64,000 bases of DNA, from assembly GCA_002633005.1 (NCBI GenBank), contig NMRA01000238.1:186001-250000 (forward strand). Direction: 5' to 3'. The notes below the pieces were generated by a model. The model did no database searches. It was not told the origin of the DNA and saw only the letters and a program-made list of their open reading frames with translations. Both the position numbers and the translations under genes were made by a program. Origin of the DNA: Phoronis australis. Lineage: Eukaryota > Animalia > Phoronida. Numbering within the stretch: the stretch's first letter is position 1; every line of letters starts with the position of its first letter. Below are positions 25,701 to 39,406 of the stretch, one piece after another.

Positions 25701-28700
25701 ACACTTTGTTTCAGTTTTATATAAACATTGATTAGGTTGAAAATAATTCATTTTGAAACAGAACCGCTTTGCCGGCCACAGACACGGAGATATTTCATGG
25801 CCTAATACTTGATATTAAGGCATGCTTTTCCTTCTTTAGTATCGGGAACCACTTCCTAAGTATTTCGGGTTCTCGAGGATATCGAAAAAACGATATACCC
25901 GCTTTCCTCGTAAGACGATAACAAAAAGCAATTGAATCGGATGGCATTCTCCTTTGAAACTTTTCTACAGGCAGTATACGAGGAAGATGCGAACTGAATA
26001 AGTGACGTCACTTAGCTCAATTGTTTTTTTACCCAGAACGTTTCCTGCATGCACTTTAACGTTCAGTTACCGGTGTTTAGAGTTACCTGGACCTTGTTCT
26101 AAGGACCCAAGACACTTGCGGGAACAGGAGTGTGATTGATCACGTGTTTTGCTTGTAACGCTTGTTATCTTAAGATAATCCCTCCATGAGAATTACTTGT
26201 TAACCATGATGTGTTTCTTGACAATTGACTTAAAACTAAGACAGAACTTGGGTCTTGCGCTCACACGTCATAATTGTTGAATTGTGGTTTAGCCAAGAAA
26301 GTATAAGCGCATCACAGTCTAGAGATAAATTACAGAAATTATCTCGGTAACTAGCAAATGTGTTGATAGTCTTTGAAGCACTTTTTTCAAGTGAGATTTG
26401 ATTATTTTTCAGAAATAGTTGTGTGAAAGGTAAGAGCAAATTTCTGATTCAAGTGACTTTTCTTGAACCAAACCTCAAAAGCGTCAACGTTAGGCGATTT
26501 AGGCATTAAATGACCTACTTGCAATTGTATACTGTCGATACACCATTGATGGTTCTAGTGATCTTGTACATAGTTCCCGTCCGCGAAGTGCCTATTATGG
26601 GTAAAACCACTCCCGAGTCAGGATGACCACACTGTAGCTTGCCACACATGATATCTCTGAAATAGTTTTGACTTGATGTTACACACCAACAATGAAAATG
26701 TGTCATACTGCTTCGTAGAACCTGAAACTGGATCAGTCAACACTCACGTTTCACTCAACAAATCCTGAATAGATGTCAACATTCTTTAGGGGCGTAACTC
26801 CCACTTCGTGGTGGAAGGCTGCTAAAATTAAATGCCTTCATATTCGCAATCCCACCGACCGTTATCACTAACAGCCTCTCGGTCATGATAATCGAGACGG
26901 CAGATCCAAAAAAATAAAGTTGTATTCCAATTCATTACTTTAAAAGTTCAAGATGAAGTAATCTTCTGGCTTTATTTCAGTGTTTAGAACATAATCACTT
27001 TCACAAATTTTGGAACAAATAACTAGAAGGACAAAACAAGAAAACGACATACTTGCGACACACTGCTAAAAAAGAACACGGCAGGTCATGCAAGAATAGA
27101 GGAAGTTCTAATAAATTAGAACACCGTTATTTTTAAAGAGCTAACCGCTGTATCTTTTTGGAGAGAATCAAGAATCAAACATAGGAAACTATGTGTCCAC
27201 TCCTCAATAAGTCTGATAAGCTACATTAATTATTAAAGCTGGTGTCTTGTAACAAGTACAAAGCTATAGACTTTATTCACGCACTCGCCATGTCAGTAGT
27301 GAGCCTCTTTTTAGGTTTAAGACAGGAATGTAACGAGGCACGCAAAAAAATCGCGCTTTGCGTTGCATTTAAGCGCAAAATGTATTGTTTTTAAAACCTA
27401 AAAAGAGGCTCACTTTTAAAATGGCAAGTGCGTGAACACGGTGTATACTCACGTGGTCGTGCATGCCGTGTATGACCCGTCCGCCTTCTGCCCACAATGT
27501 CCAAACTGATTACCTTTCTTGTTGACGTAGTCGTAACAAAAGGGGTCACCAACTGTAGCATCTAACATTGCACGGAAGAAAAGAACTTGAGTTATCGATA
27601 ATTACCAACGATGTGAAGTCGTGCTGAAAATCCCGCCAAAAAGGAAGCCATGTCCGATATGACGAGATGTTTTATCAGAGACAACAATTTTTCTAAAATA
27701 TAGCGACATGTTTCGGCGGTGCATTTTAAAGAAATCGTTGTCTTTATTCAAATTCTACTTATATTCGTCAATGCGAAATCTTTCAATAGAATTGTGAAGA
27801 GAAGTGTGTTCAATGTACGTAAATGCAAAGTACTTATATCTGAAAATTGTTGATGATAAGGCCATTATTGTGTTCCACAGTCAAACGAATTGTTTGAAGT
27901 CAAAGTAACTGAAATATCACAGCTCCATAAAGCCATAGAATAAAAACGATTTCACGTCAGAAGAATATAGTTTTTGAACAATGTTTTACAGAAAAAAATG
28001 ATACTCTTATCAAGTTCACTCTTTAATTGATATTATGTGGAGACGTTACACTCAAAGCACATGGTTATGTAACAGTCAGATAATTTGAGCGGTCTAATGG
28101 TTTTTACTTAAGAAATGCGCATTGTTAGAAACTGACTACGTTGATTTAGGGCGTTGGTTATTCTAACACCATGACAGATCTATGCTATGCTTTTATAACA
28201 CCATAATGACAGATCTGTTATCACATTCAGTGGCTTATTTTATTAAAACCATAGTTTGATGTATGAATGGTTACATATCAAAATAATTCTGAACAATGTA
28301 ACAAGCTACTCGAATGTGAATGTCCTAGTGAAGAATGTTAACATAAAAGTAATGTGAAAAATAAACAACTGTGTTAGATAATTTGGAAATGGGCGTTAAC
28401 ATTCATGTGGATCAATGGATGCGAACAGAGGAGAATATTTGACAGTGGTTTTGTATGATTATGGTTACCCGATTACAGAGCCTTAAGCCCTCGGCCTTGC
28501 GACTATCGTAGGGAGCACAGAACATTTTCCACCAATGTTGCTGCCCCGTATCTGTTAAAATATCTCCCCCCGGATCTACGCAGAATTTATAATGCGAAGG
28601 ATATTAGAATAGCGCACACGCCTGTATGAACGCTCAGGAAGAGATTAGTGAACCCCTCAGCGTGGTGATGTCATTGGAGTGATGTATCACATTTTCAGTG

Positions 28701-31700
28701 ATTCTGACTTGTACATTGGTGAGACTGAACGACCGCAACGAAAGCGCACGGGTCAGAATCGCATGGTTGATGCCAGCAGTTTAAACTCCGCGGCGTTTGA
28801 TCACTTTTGGTGCGGGACACTCGTTTGAGACAGCGGGCGTGATATGAGAAACTTTTTGGTTTGAGCGAGGTGTCAGAGAGGCTTTATGGGTTAAAGCCAA
28901 GAACACTTCTTTGAATAGACACGGATGGATCAGATATAAGTTGTCTGACTCCTGGTCTAGGGCGTTGCCGTTGTTGTCTATGAACAGAGAGCCAAAAAAT
29001 TTTCACGGGAGCCAGTCAGTAACCAATCCCCAGGAGAATGAGCCAGGTAGCTGAGGAAAGTCGGGAAAATTAGTTTACCGGATGTTCCAGAAGTTGTGTC
29101 TTTCCGACCTTTTCCGGGAACTATTTATTAACTCGTGTTCGTAGAAGCATTTCCCTTTTCAGATCATAATAACAATCAACGTAATTAATTTCCGTCAAGT
29201 TGTCGTCTTGCTCAAGGTACTCACTTTCGCCAAACATGTACTTGCATTGCGCGTCCTTGTGTCTGCATGTCCCCGTGAGACAATACGCCTACAACGAAAA
29301 CAAGGAGATAGTTTTAATTTTTTGTCTAATTTAGTCATTGTTAATATCCGTCACTTTCTGCATTTTCATCACACTCACCGCCATGTTGCAGCATATATTG
29401 CCGCACTCGACAAATACTTTCTACGAATCCTCCTTTACAAGAGACTCACTCGGTAGTTGACGTAGACTCGATAGGGAAGGGGTCGAATATGCGGCTTTGA
29501 ATTTTGAGTGGGGTGCGATCGAAAGACCCCTGATTGCAAAGCCAACGTTCCCACAAACTAGGCCGGCACCAGGTGTGGTTATCATCATCACTAACTTCCA
29601 GATGTTTGCACTGTTCTATTTGCAATAGTGATACTTTGGCCACTTTACAATTTGCCTGGCCTCCCTCTCACTTTGGGTTCGCGCATTTGCCAAAGTTCTA
29701 ATAAATATAATAAGACAATTGGGGGGTAAAATGTGCCAAGTTTTGAGGCTCACATTATCCACCAGTGGGCGACAATATCTGCCGGTGACCTCTACTCATA
29801 TTGTCGGACTAGTATCTTCCACTGCGACAATATGTATAGATGTGACGTCACATATTATGGCACACAACACATATGTGTCGAGTGCTACACTTACGACCAC
29901 TGCAGTGACGACGACAACGACGACGACGACCACCACCACCACCACTACCACCGCAGCTATTAGAATCACAACCACAACGACCACCAAAATGAACACCTAC
30001 ACCACACGAACACCTCCAAAACCACCATCTCTACGCCATTAATCACCACCACAAGCAACACCATCACCACCACCATCACCATCACTGCCAATCACCAGCT
30101 CCACCACCACCATCACCACCATCACTACCAATCACCAGCGCCACCACCATCACCACCACGATCATTAGTAGTACCACAAGTTCTTGCAGCATCCATACCA
30201 TCTAACGTTTTCTCCGATATCAAGTAGTGACTGTAATCGTCGTCATCTTCGACATCCTTTGCATAACCATACACATACTTTCTTCACCGTTGTCATATTA
30301 CCGCCTTTTCGCCGGTTAATTAGAATATTTGAAACTAGCTAACAAAAAATCTTACATCGTTATTCTTGCATGGGGTGCCATCCGCCTTGTACTTATCTTC
30401 TGGGCACTGAAAAAGGATAATTGGAAAAGTTTTACAAAGGTGTGAGATATTGTTCATACAGTACCCTCAAATGATAAAGATGACTTTTGATTGGCAAAAA
30501 CACAAGACTTTAACATCCGTTATGACATGGCTCTGGTTCAGTCATGCTGCCTAGACAAAAGATGTATCCGTGACATATCTATCAAATAATGTAGAAACCA
30601 TAAATCCCAGACAGTGTAAAGAGAGTGCGCACACTATTAAAATATGGGAATCTAATTAGATTCGAAGAAATCAGAGGGAAGGAGTACAGTTGGCCGTATA
30701 ATATAGGAATATGAACCGATGCCGGACAGCGGGGCCCTCCCTATTAATATAGTTGGCCCTGCCGGAAGACTGCCGGAATTGTGACGGTGTTTTATAAGTA
30801 TAAATATAATCTTATTCAATAGTCAAGGCTCATGTGAGTGTTGAAATTTCATGTCTCGGCCTGATTTCTCTGTTGAGAAAAAACAAAAAATTAGGAAAAC
30901 AGTTCTCTGCGTACTGACAGCGAGAAAATTTTACAGTTCAAACGCGAAATCACCCACAATTTAGGTTTAGTTCAAACCAAAAATGGCAATTTTCGTAAAA
31001 AAGGTGGTCATGTAATGTTCAACAATTGCACAACCTTTCAAAGTATGACTTATTGCGTATTTCGAAAATCTATTCTTTTAGGGGTTCAGTTTGTTTTATG
31101 AAACGTGAAACGACGGATGAGAATTACTTTAATTAGTAATGCGTCTGTCACACGAAAATCAATAGGGTTCTGCGAGGTATCCAAAACTCTGGTCGGAATT
31201 CGTAACTTATTATCAAAGTTTGATCTTAAAACTTGATTGGTCAAAAATATAATCAAATTTTTGGTGAAAACAAGAGCGGCGGACCATGGAGGACGGCCGA
31301 TTGTCTGAATAAATATTGACTACGTAATTAGTACAGATATTTCCATTTATGTTATCTAAAATTTTGCATATGTAGTTACAAAACCATGGGGTCAAACTTG
31401 TTTACATGTATTTTGAGGTCATTATCTATTTTTAGATGATATTTACCACTTTGGTTTTGGGGCCAATGTACTCTAAAGATTCTAGAAATTTCTGAAAACA
31501 AATCATAACAGTCAATGATATGAATAGATAAGATCATGTGGTTTTTATTAGCCAATCATTAAGTAAGTACATCATTATAACTTGGTCAGAAGTCTTGAAA
31601 ATACTCAGATGGGATTAAGTAGTTGAAGCTAGAAGACTTGCTACAGTGTGCAGAAGAAGTTGTACAACAAAGCCATCCCGTGGAAGATTCTAAAGAGGAA

Positions 31701-34700
31701 TCGTGGGTAGAAGATACTGCCTGCAAGTTTGCGTCGTGGGTACAAGATACAGCCTGCAAGTGTGTTGCGTCACGAAAGGACTGTGACCAGCAAGTACACT
31801 GTCGCAGCACAGTATGTGTTAGTTCGAAGATTCACCAACAGGACTGTCATTTAACGAGTGTCGAGTCCTACAGGTTTGGATAGAAATAACTGACGTTTGA
31901 TTATTATAGTTAACTGATAGAAGTAATCGTTACAGAAGGTGCTAGCAGTTACAGTAACTCTTCTTCATTGTTAGTCTACTTATTTAACAAGAGGTTTCAC
32001 TTGTTTTAATTAGTGACTATCATATAACAAAATAAATTGGATTTAGTCATTCTCTCTCCATCCACGCACAATCTCAAAGCATAGGTACCTTTTAAACAAA
32101 CCCAGAGTCAACTTCTGACATCGGTATTACCAACAATACAAGCATATCTAAAGACATGAACACAAAGTAGTTTTACATGTGGTCTGTCATTCCCTTCCAC
32201 GCCCATGCACCGACACAGCCAAACCAAAGAGACTGAGAAATTGCATGTGCAAACTTACAGTGTTACTGTAACCCGTGCACACATCTTCTATATCACAGTC
32301 GGACGTGGCGTTGCGACAAACAGTACCGCGTGGCTTTAGTTTGCACCCACTGCAACACTCTCCCTCGGCACACTGGGAAGACGCCTTGAGTTTGCATCCT
32401 TTTACTTCACAACAAGGATCCACAGTTGGACACTCCTTTAAGGAAACGAAACACTTCATACAATGCAATCTGTCGTCGTAATCGATATTCTACAAGCATA
32501 TTAGAAATTGCACGAAATTGGTCTTCTTACTTTCAAATTTCTAAAGCTATATTTTCTCCTGACGTTAGCTGTCGATAATCATGTTGTATGGCACAAATGC
32601 TGACCATTTACAGGAGGTAGAAATTGCTGTAAAATTGTATTGAAAAAGAGACCCACCGCTTCCGTTCCACAATCACATTCCTCTCCCGTTTCCTTGATTT
32701 GGTTGCCACAGACAGGGTCTGTGTATGACGACGTAGGCTTGTCATTCAAACAGCCCATGAGGTTTTTCTTCATATCATCAGCGCTGCACTGGGTGAATGA
32801 TTTGGGGTCCGATGCCCTGAAACGGACAATAGGAATAGAAAACCAGATAAGTAACCAATGTTCTACATTTTACACGGCTCGTTTACTTCAGCAATGACTT
32901 ACGTACTGTTAGGGTTACAAGTGAGTTTCATGTCTGTGAACGCCACGCCCCGGCTTACTGAGAGTTAGCTCATGAAAGAGATATCGAATTTAATGAACCA
33001 GATCTAAAGCGTTTTTTTCACTCATGTCATTCAAAGCTCGGCTTCCGAAATCCATAGGACATATGATACAGCCACTGATGAAATGCAATTCTTACACACA
33101 AAAACACATACCTCGATAACTCCTGCTACGCATTTGGAAATCAAGACTTTCTTAATAATTCAGTAAAATGTTCGACGTGGAGATTTTCATAAAATTAATT
33201 TAATTACTTGGAAAGGCAATACGCAACTAAAGTCTAGGAATAGTTTTGTTTCCATACGGAGGGTCGTGAAAGATTTTGTCCAAACACTTGTGTTTTAGCG
33301 TTTCTCTGTTTGTGTGGAAACGCACGTCCATATGAAAAGTGTAATAAACATGGTCGTGTAATCAAGCGTTTCTGATACACTATCTGCTGGTACCTGCCAA
33401 TAGTTGCCACCCAACCTGAGGTAAGAACCAAACGCATTCAGCCGTAGTCTGGCTCCCAGACTAATGCAATTATAACTATTCTGCAGGATGACTAAAGCAC
33501 AGACTCAACTGTTTATAACCACTTTTTTAGTCAAGAAATCAAAATTTAATGCCGTGCAACTTACACAACGGCTGACATAATGCATCCACCGCTCCACGTG
33601 CAGGTGCCGCACGTGCGACCGTCGTCGTGTTGCATGCCAAGGTTATGTCCCATCTCGTGTGCCATTACTCGAGCAACCATCACAGGATTGGCGTCGTCCT
33701 GCAAGGAATGGTACACAACTGTACAACTTCTTCGCTAAACCTTTAAAATTCTGACTTCAGACATAAGTCACTGTTGATGAAACAGCTCCCCGGTGGATGT
33801 AGGACCTATTCGAGAGCTGGTGTAAATGAAATGTTCTAGAAGCCTTGACATGTCTTACCTCATTGATGGCACAGCTCAAAGGTCCACACATTGTGCCAAC
33901 GTAACCCAGCCCAGCTACTCCTCCAGTCAAGTCGATACCTCTGAAAGTGTAACATGCCATGTAGATGTCACGCAGACGATCTCATTGGTACTCATCGCTG
34001 CTATTACCATAAGTGATTCTTCACAGAATGAAAGCGGCAACTTTCGATGAATTAAGCATCCAAAATTACTATGGCATTAGGACAGATTACGAAATTTCAA
34101 ATTCATTTTTCAGTGTTAATAATTCCTGACATTGTTACGTCATACATTAATACTGACAGCTACTGTGGTAAAGCGATATGCAAGCTTATACTTTTTTGAA
34201 GCAATGAGGAACTCATCTATCGTAAATTACCATCGAATTTTCCTACTTTGTCCATTCCAAGAATCGCCTGGACCTTTTTCAAAATTTCTCTACAACGTTT
34301 TGCGTGAAATACTGGAAGTCCACTGACTAAGCGAGTGATGGATATACGATCGAAAACTCAAACTTACATGAATTACTTAACACTAGACTGCTGGTTTACA
34401 GACTCGGCCCCTCCTCGGCCATTTATACATTTTGAGGTCTGAAAACCAACATATTGACTTCGCTGAAAGCCAGTAAATGTATAATCCATTCCAGCAATGA
34501 GTTATGGCGTGATGCATTCGTGTTCGACCTCGATAACAACGTCTTTGTTTTAACATCGTTATTCACTAAAAGCACCTCCAAAAACAAAGATAAATTTATT
34601 AACTGCACCCGTTACAGGCAAAGTGCAACCACTAATTCAAACTCACGTGACAAGCTGTGCCACGTCGTAGTCGATGGTGTCAGACAGAATGTACTTTTCC

Positions 34701-37700
34701 TTATATTTTTGAAAGTTCTCCAGCGTCTTGGACTCGTCTGTCAAGACCGTGATCTTATCTTCTTTCGACCAATTTTCCACACCAGTCAGAACGACGCGCA
34801 TGTTCAAACTCTTGTAAAACTGTAAACAAAATAAAATTGAACAGCTTTCTGGAAGTAATGGTGACCTTGGTGCTTTGACCAAAGAGTGTTCCTTGCTTTG
34901 ACATACAACGCAAATCTTCTCTTTTTCATCTAATTCCCTAACGAACGTATGAGTTTTGTTTCTTTGGTAATCAAGTTCTTACCTCGTCCATCGTGTTAGC
35001 CACTTGAATTGTTCTTTCGCGCATTTTCTGTAGAGTTGGATTCGCTTGCCACTGAAACAAAAGAAAAGTGGCTCAGTGCTTCTTGATGTATGACATTCTT
35101 TTCGGCCCATGGTGTATATTAGTTGCTTCAAATAACCAAGGTCGTATTGAAAGACATCGGGCAGCGACATACACTAAGTTTGTGACTGTCAGACATTCGC
35201 CCTATGCTGTAATGCACCTTACCACCATGCAGTCTTGTGATCCGCAATGGTCAAAAGGTATTGCACATTCTTAGACAACTCAAAATTTTGACGTTTCAAA
35301 GCTCAATTTTTATTTCTTTTCAATTTTATAAAGGCTATTTTTCGAATGATTTTGACTCCGCAAGACCAACATCAACACCCAATTGCAGCACTTCAGAGGG
35401 TAACGCAGGCCGGTTGAAATCTTCTTGTGTCGGGTGCAAGTCGAAAACTAGACAAGATGTGCGTGCTAAAAGATCTTCATTTTCTGCAGGTCAACATCTC
35501 GACTATTAACGCTAATAAGTAAAAGGGCCTGTATGACAGAGTCGAAGTAACCAATCACTTACAATAAAACGCGTTACGACTAAGACACAACAGGAAACAT
35601 GAAAATCCTCGAACAAAGCAGTAATTCCAGGGAACATTGACAGCTGTTAGGTGTTGGTCATTTCCTCTCATTTAATGATTACAAATTTATAGATTTCAAA
35701 GCAATGCGCATTTGCTTACCAAGATTTTAGAAAATTATGTGTAACAAATTTTCAATGATGAATCCTTGGATACACACTTGCCATTACAATAGGACCGTCC
35801 CGGATTACACAGCGACACTCGAATCTCGTTGCATTCACCCACAATTGGCAATGCCGCACATTTGCTGCCTCGTTTTCGTTCCACTGGAGTTTCACATGTT
35901 ATTTTGTTGTTGTCTGATTCTCTACAAGATTTTTTGGTTGCATTACTCTACTGCTCCATCCAACGCCAACCAAGTGTTACTGACGTGCTGTGGGCTGCAA
36001 CGTGAGAAAGTTTGGTAAACTGGACAAATACCAGTGTATCAAGTTCTTCGCCTTCCCGACATCAATGAGACACAAAAATGTTCCTGATTCCAAACCGAGG
36101 TCACGCGCTTTTTCATCTCCCAGCCAAAGGAGAGTTCTATCGCCGAGTAATCCGAGACGGCCGTATTGCGCGAGAAGCACTTACCGTTCTGTAGTCGTTG
36201 ACAATGTAAACCTCGACGTATCTAGTCGCGACATCCTGGTTAAACTGGGATACGCTGCTTCGGATCTGAAAGAAAACACAAATGTTTCATCAGTTTATTC
36301 AGTGTTCACTGTATATTTAAAGAATGCGAAAGTTGTTTAANNNNNNNNNNNNNNNNNNNNNNNNNNNNNNNNNNNNNNNNNNNNNNNNNNNNNNNNNNNN
36401 NNNNNNNNNNNNNNNNNNNNNNNNNNNNNNNNNNNNNNNNNNNNNNNNNNNNNNNNNNNNNNNNNNNNNNNNNNNNNNNNNNNNNNNNNNNNNNNNNNNN
36501 NNNNNNNNNNNNNNNNNNNNNNNNNNNNNNNNNNNNNNNNNNNNNNNNNNNNNNNNNNNNNNNNNNNNNNNNNNNNNNNNNNNNNNNNNNNNNNNNNNNN
36601 NNNNNNNNNNNNNNNNNNNNNNNNNNNNNNNNNNNNNNNNNNNNNNNNNNNNNNNNNNNNNNNNNNNNNNNNNNNNNNNNNNNNNNNNNNNNNNNNNNNN
36701 NNNNNNNNNNNNNNNNNNNNNNNNNNNNNNNNNNNNNNNNNNNNNNNNNNNNNNNNNNNNNNNNNNNNNNNNNNNNNNNNNNNNNNNNNNNNNNNNNNNN
36801 NNNNNNNNNNNNNNNNNNNNNNNNNNNNNNNNNNNNNNNNNNNNNNNNNNNNNNNNNNNNNNNNNNNNNNNNNNNNNNNNNNNNNNNNNNNNNNNNNNNN
36901 NNNNNNNNNNNNNNNNNNNNNNNNNNNNNNNNNNNNNNNNNNNNNNNNNNNNNNNNNNNNNNNNNNNNNNNNNNNNNNNNNNNNNNNNNNNNNNNNNNNN
37001 NNNNNNNNNNNNNNNNNNNNNNNNNNNNNNNNNNNNNNNNNNNNNNNNNNNNNNNNNNNNNNNNNNNNNNNNNNNNNNNNNNNNNNNNNNNNNNNNNNNN
37101 NNNNNNNNNNNNNNNNNNNNNNNNNNNNNNNNNNNNNNNNNNNNNNNNNNNNNNNNNNNNNNNNNNNNNNNNNNNNNNNNNNNNNNNNNNNNNNNNNNNN
37201 NNNNNNNNNNNNNNNNNNNNNNNNNNNNNNNNNNNNNNNNNNNNNNNNNNNNNNNNNNNNNNNNNNNNNNNNNNNNNNNNNNNNNNNNNNNNNNNNNNNN
37301 NNNNNNNNNNNNNNNNNNNNNNNTTTTTCCTGTTTGACACGTTCTTCGTGTTTTGTTTTTTTTTTTTTCCTTTTTTCTTGGATAATACTTCAGGAATCAA
37401 GGAAAATGCTTGATTTTTAGAGGTAAAAACAGAAAAATTTCCTGAGCGGGAGGGGGGCAAACCCCCCTCCCGACCTCCCCCCATACGGTGCTATGCTTAT
37501 CAACAATCTTGGTTCAGTTTGCGCAAATGCTTACAGCCGGACAAAATGTTGGGCCCCCCTTGTGATATCCTAGATCCGCCACTGTTATGACCCACGCTTA
37601 CAGAGTGGACTAGGGAAAAGGAACCCATTGGTAAACGGATTTCATTAAAAACACCCTGTCGTAGGATTTTGTTCCAGAACACCACCTTTTTGTAGAGGTT

Positions 37701-39356
37701 AATTTCGAAAATATAATTTCTTTGGTAGGGATCACTAGGGGATGTTGTAAAACGAAAAACAATCTTCGTAAAAATTGTTCGCCGATAAAAATTAAAGGTA
37801 CGACGTGACTTTCCAACAATCAAACCGGTATAACAAATTTTATATGAGGAATCATTGAACACTTGGTAAACCAATACGTACCACACATCTGCACCGTTCG
37901 GTTTCCTACGTCACTCTCTTTATAAACGACGTGCAGATGGCGCTCCTGCCCATCGGCGTCTGTCATCTCTTTATGAGGCGTAATGTGGAAAGTTTCGTTC
38001 CCAGAGCTGAACATGCCACTGCAAGAAAAAACGAAGTGACTACTGTTAACGGATTGTAGTACAATGGGTATCAAGGTTCACTTCGAAGTTACACTCCCAT
38101 TTTCTGATATACAGAATTGGGGTTCGTCTGAAGAAAACAACCTAAACCAAAGACAAATTGTGCAGTTTTTGCTTTAAAAATTAAATTTAAGGTAAAACTT
38201 AAAATGATGTCAAGACTTTGTTCCAAGAACGAGGTCTTCAACCGTGTCTATTTAAATTTGTAGTAAGCACCACCTACTGACTTCCTGGAGTATTGTGTGT
38301 ACCAGTAAATTCACGACAAACAATTTGTTAGTAAATTGCGGTTTTAAAGAAAGCACTACAACTGATACACTTAAAAAGTGTGAGCATATAAAAACCATAG
38401 TAATTCAAAATATTACGCAATCGTTATTTGATAGTGAAATAAACAAATAATAAAAACTTTGCCTTGTTTCATTAGGGTAACAATGAAATATTACCATACT
38501 CATTTGCATAAAAATAGTCTGGCAAGACAAGACTTTCGCGAGATTGCAATGATAACTGGTTCTCGGATGGTTTTCGGCACACTGGAGGATCAGAGGTTGT
38601 TTGTAAATTAGTATTTCATATGAATATTCACAATTTAATGAGACTATGCATCTTTAAGTTTCTCGTAAGTTTCCGACCCAAGTATGTCTTGGCGGAGTTT
38701 TCTTCAGACAAGTCAGACAATATACAAATAAATACCACAATACACCCAGAGTTAAAATTGTGTATGGTGGAATTATTTAGTTTCCATAAAATACTATTCA
38801 CGAACACCGATTTTGGAGATGTATTGAATTTTATAAATTGAAAATATGATATCTAGCAAAAATGGATGTCCTATTTTCGTTTTAGAAATTAGAGACATGA
38901 CACCAGATTTTCAATTTTCGATTTGTATTAACGGAAGCTCAGACTTCATTGTGGTCCGAGACGGAATGCGGCGTGACTCTAAGTATTCTTTCAAGACTAA
39001 CCACATCTCTGTCAATCTGGACCTAGGTAGGCTTATGGCAATGGTATGCACTTTTTTGTAACTCTTCTTCATCGTGATTCGCAAATTGATGTTTCCCTGT
39101 ACTCACCTGATGATGGCTTTTAGTTAATAAACTGAAACGTCGTGACTATGGTTATTTTATTATTTTTGAGATGATGGAATGTAGAATATTACTTGATTTA
39201 GGTATGCATTATTCAAATCAGATCCAACTCCGAATAACTCTGATAACTTTTGATCAAATAATTGAGTGGATTCATTAGACAAGACAAACATTACGCATAT
39301 CAATCAATCAATCAATCAATCAATCACTCAATTAACCAACCAACCAATCAATCAAT

Positions 39357-39406
<50 letters not shown>

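Noticed and set aside
29719-30042. Thr-rich mucin-like / poly-His ORFs
   Set aside because: Produced by an intronic trinucleotide repeat; the flanking ADAM exons join in frame without it, as in paralogue B
36306-37484. 392-aa and 337-aa ORFs
   Set aside because: Translations of the N gap
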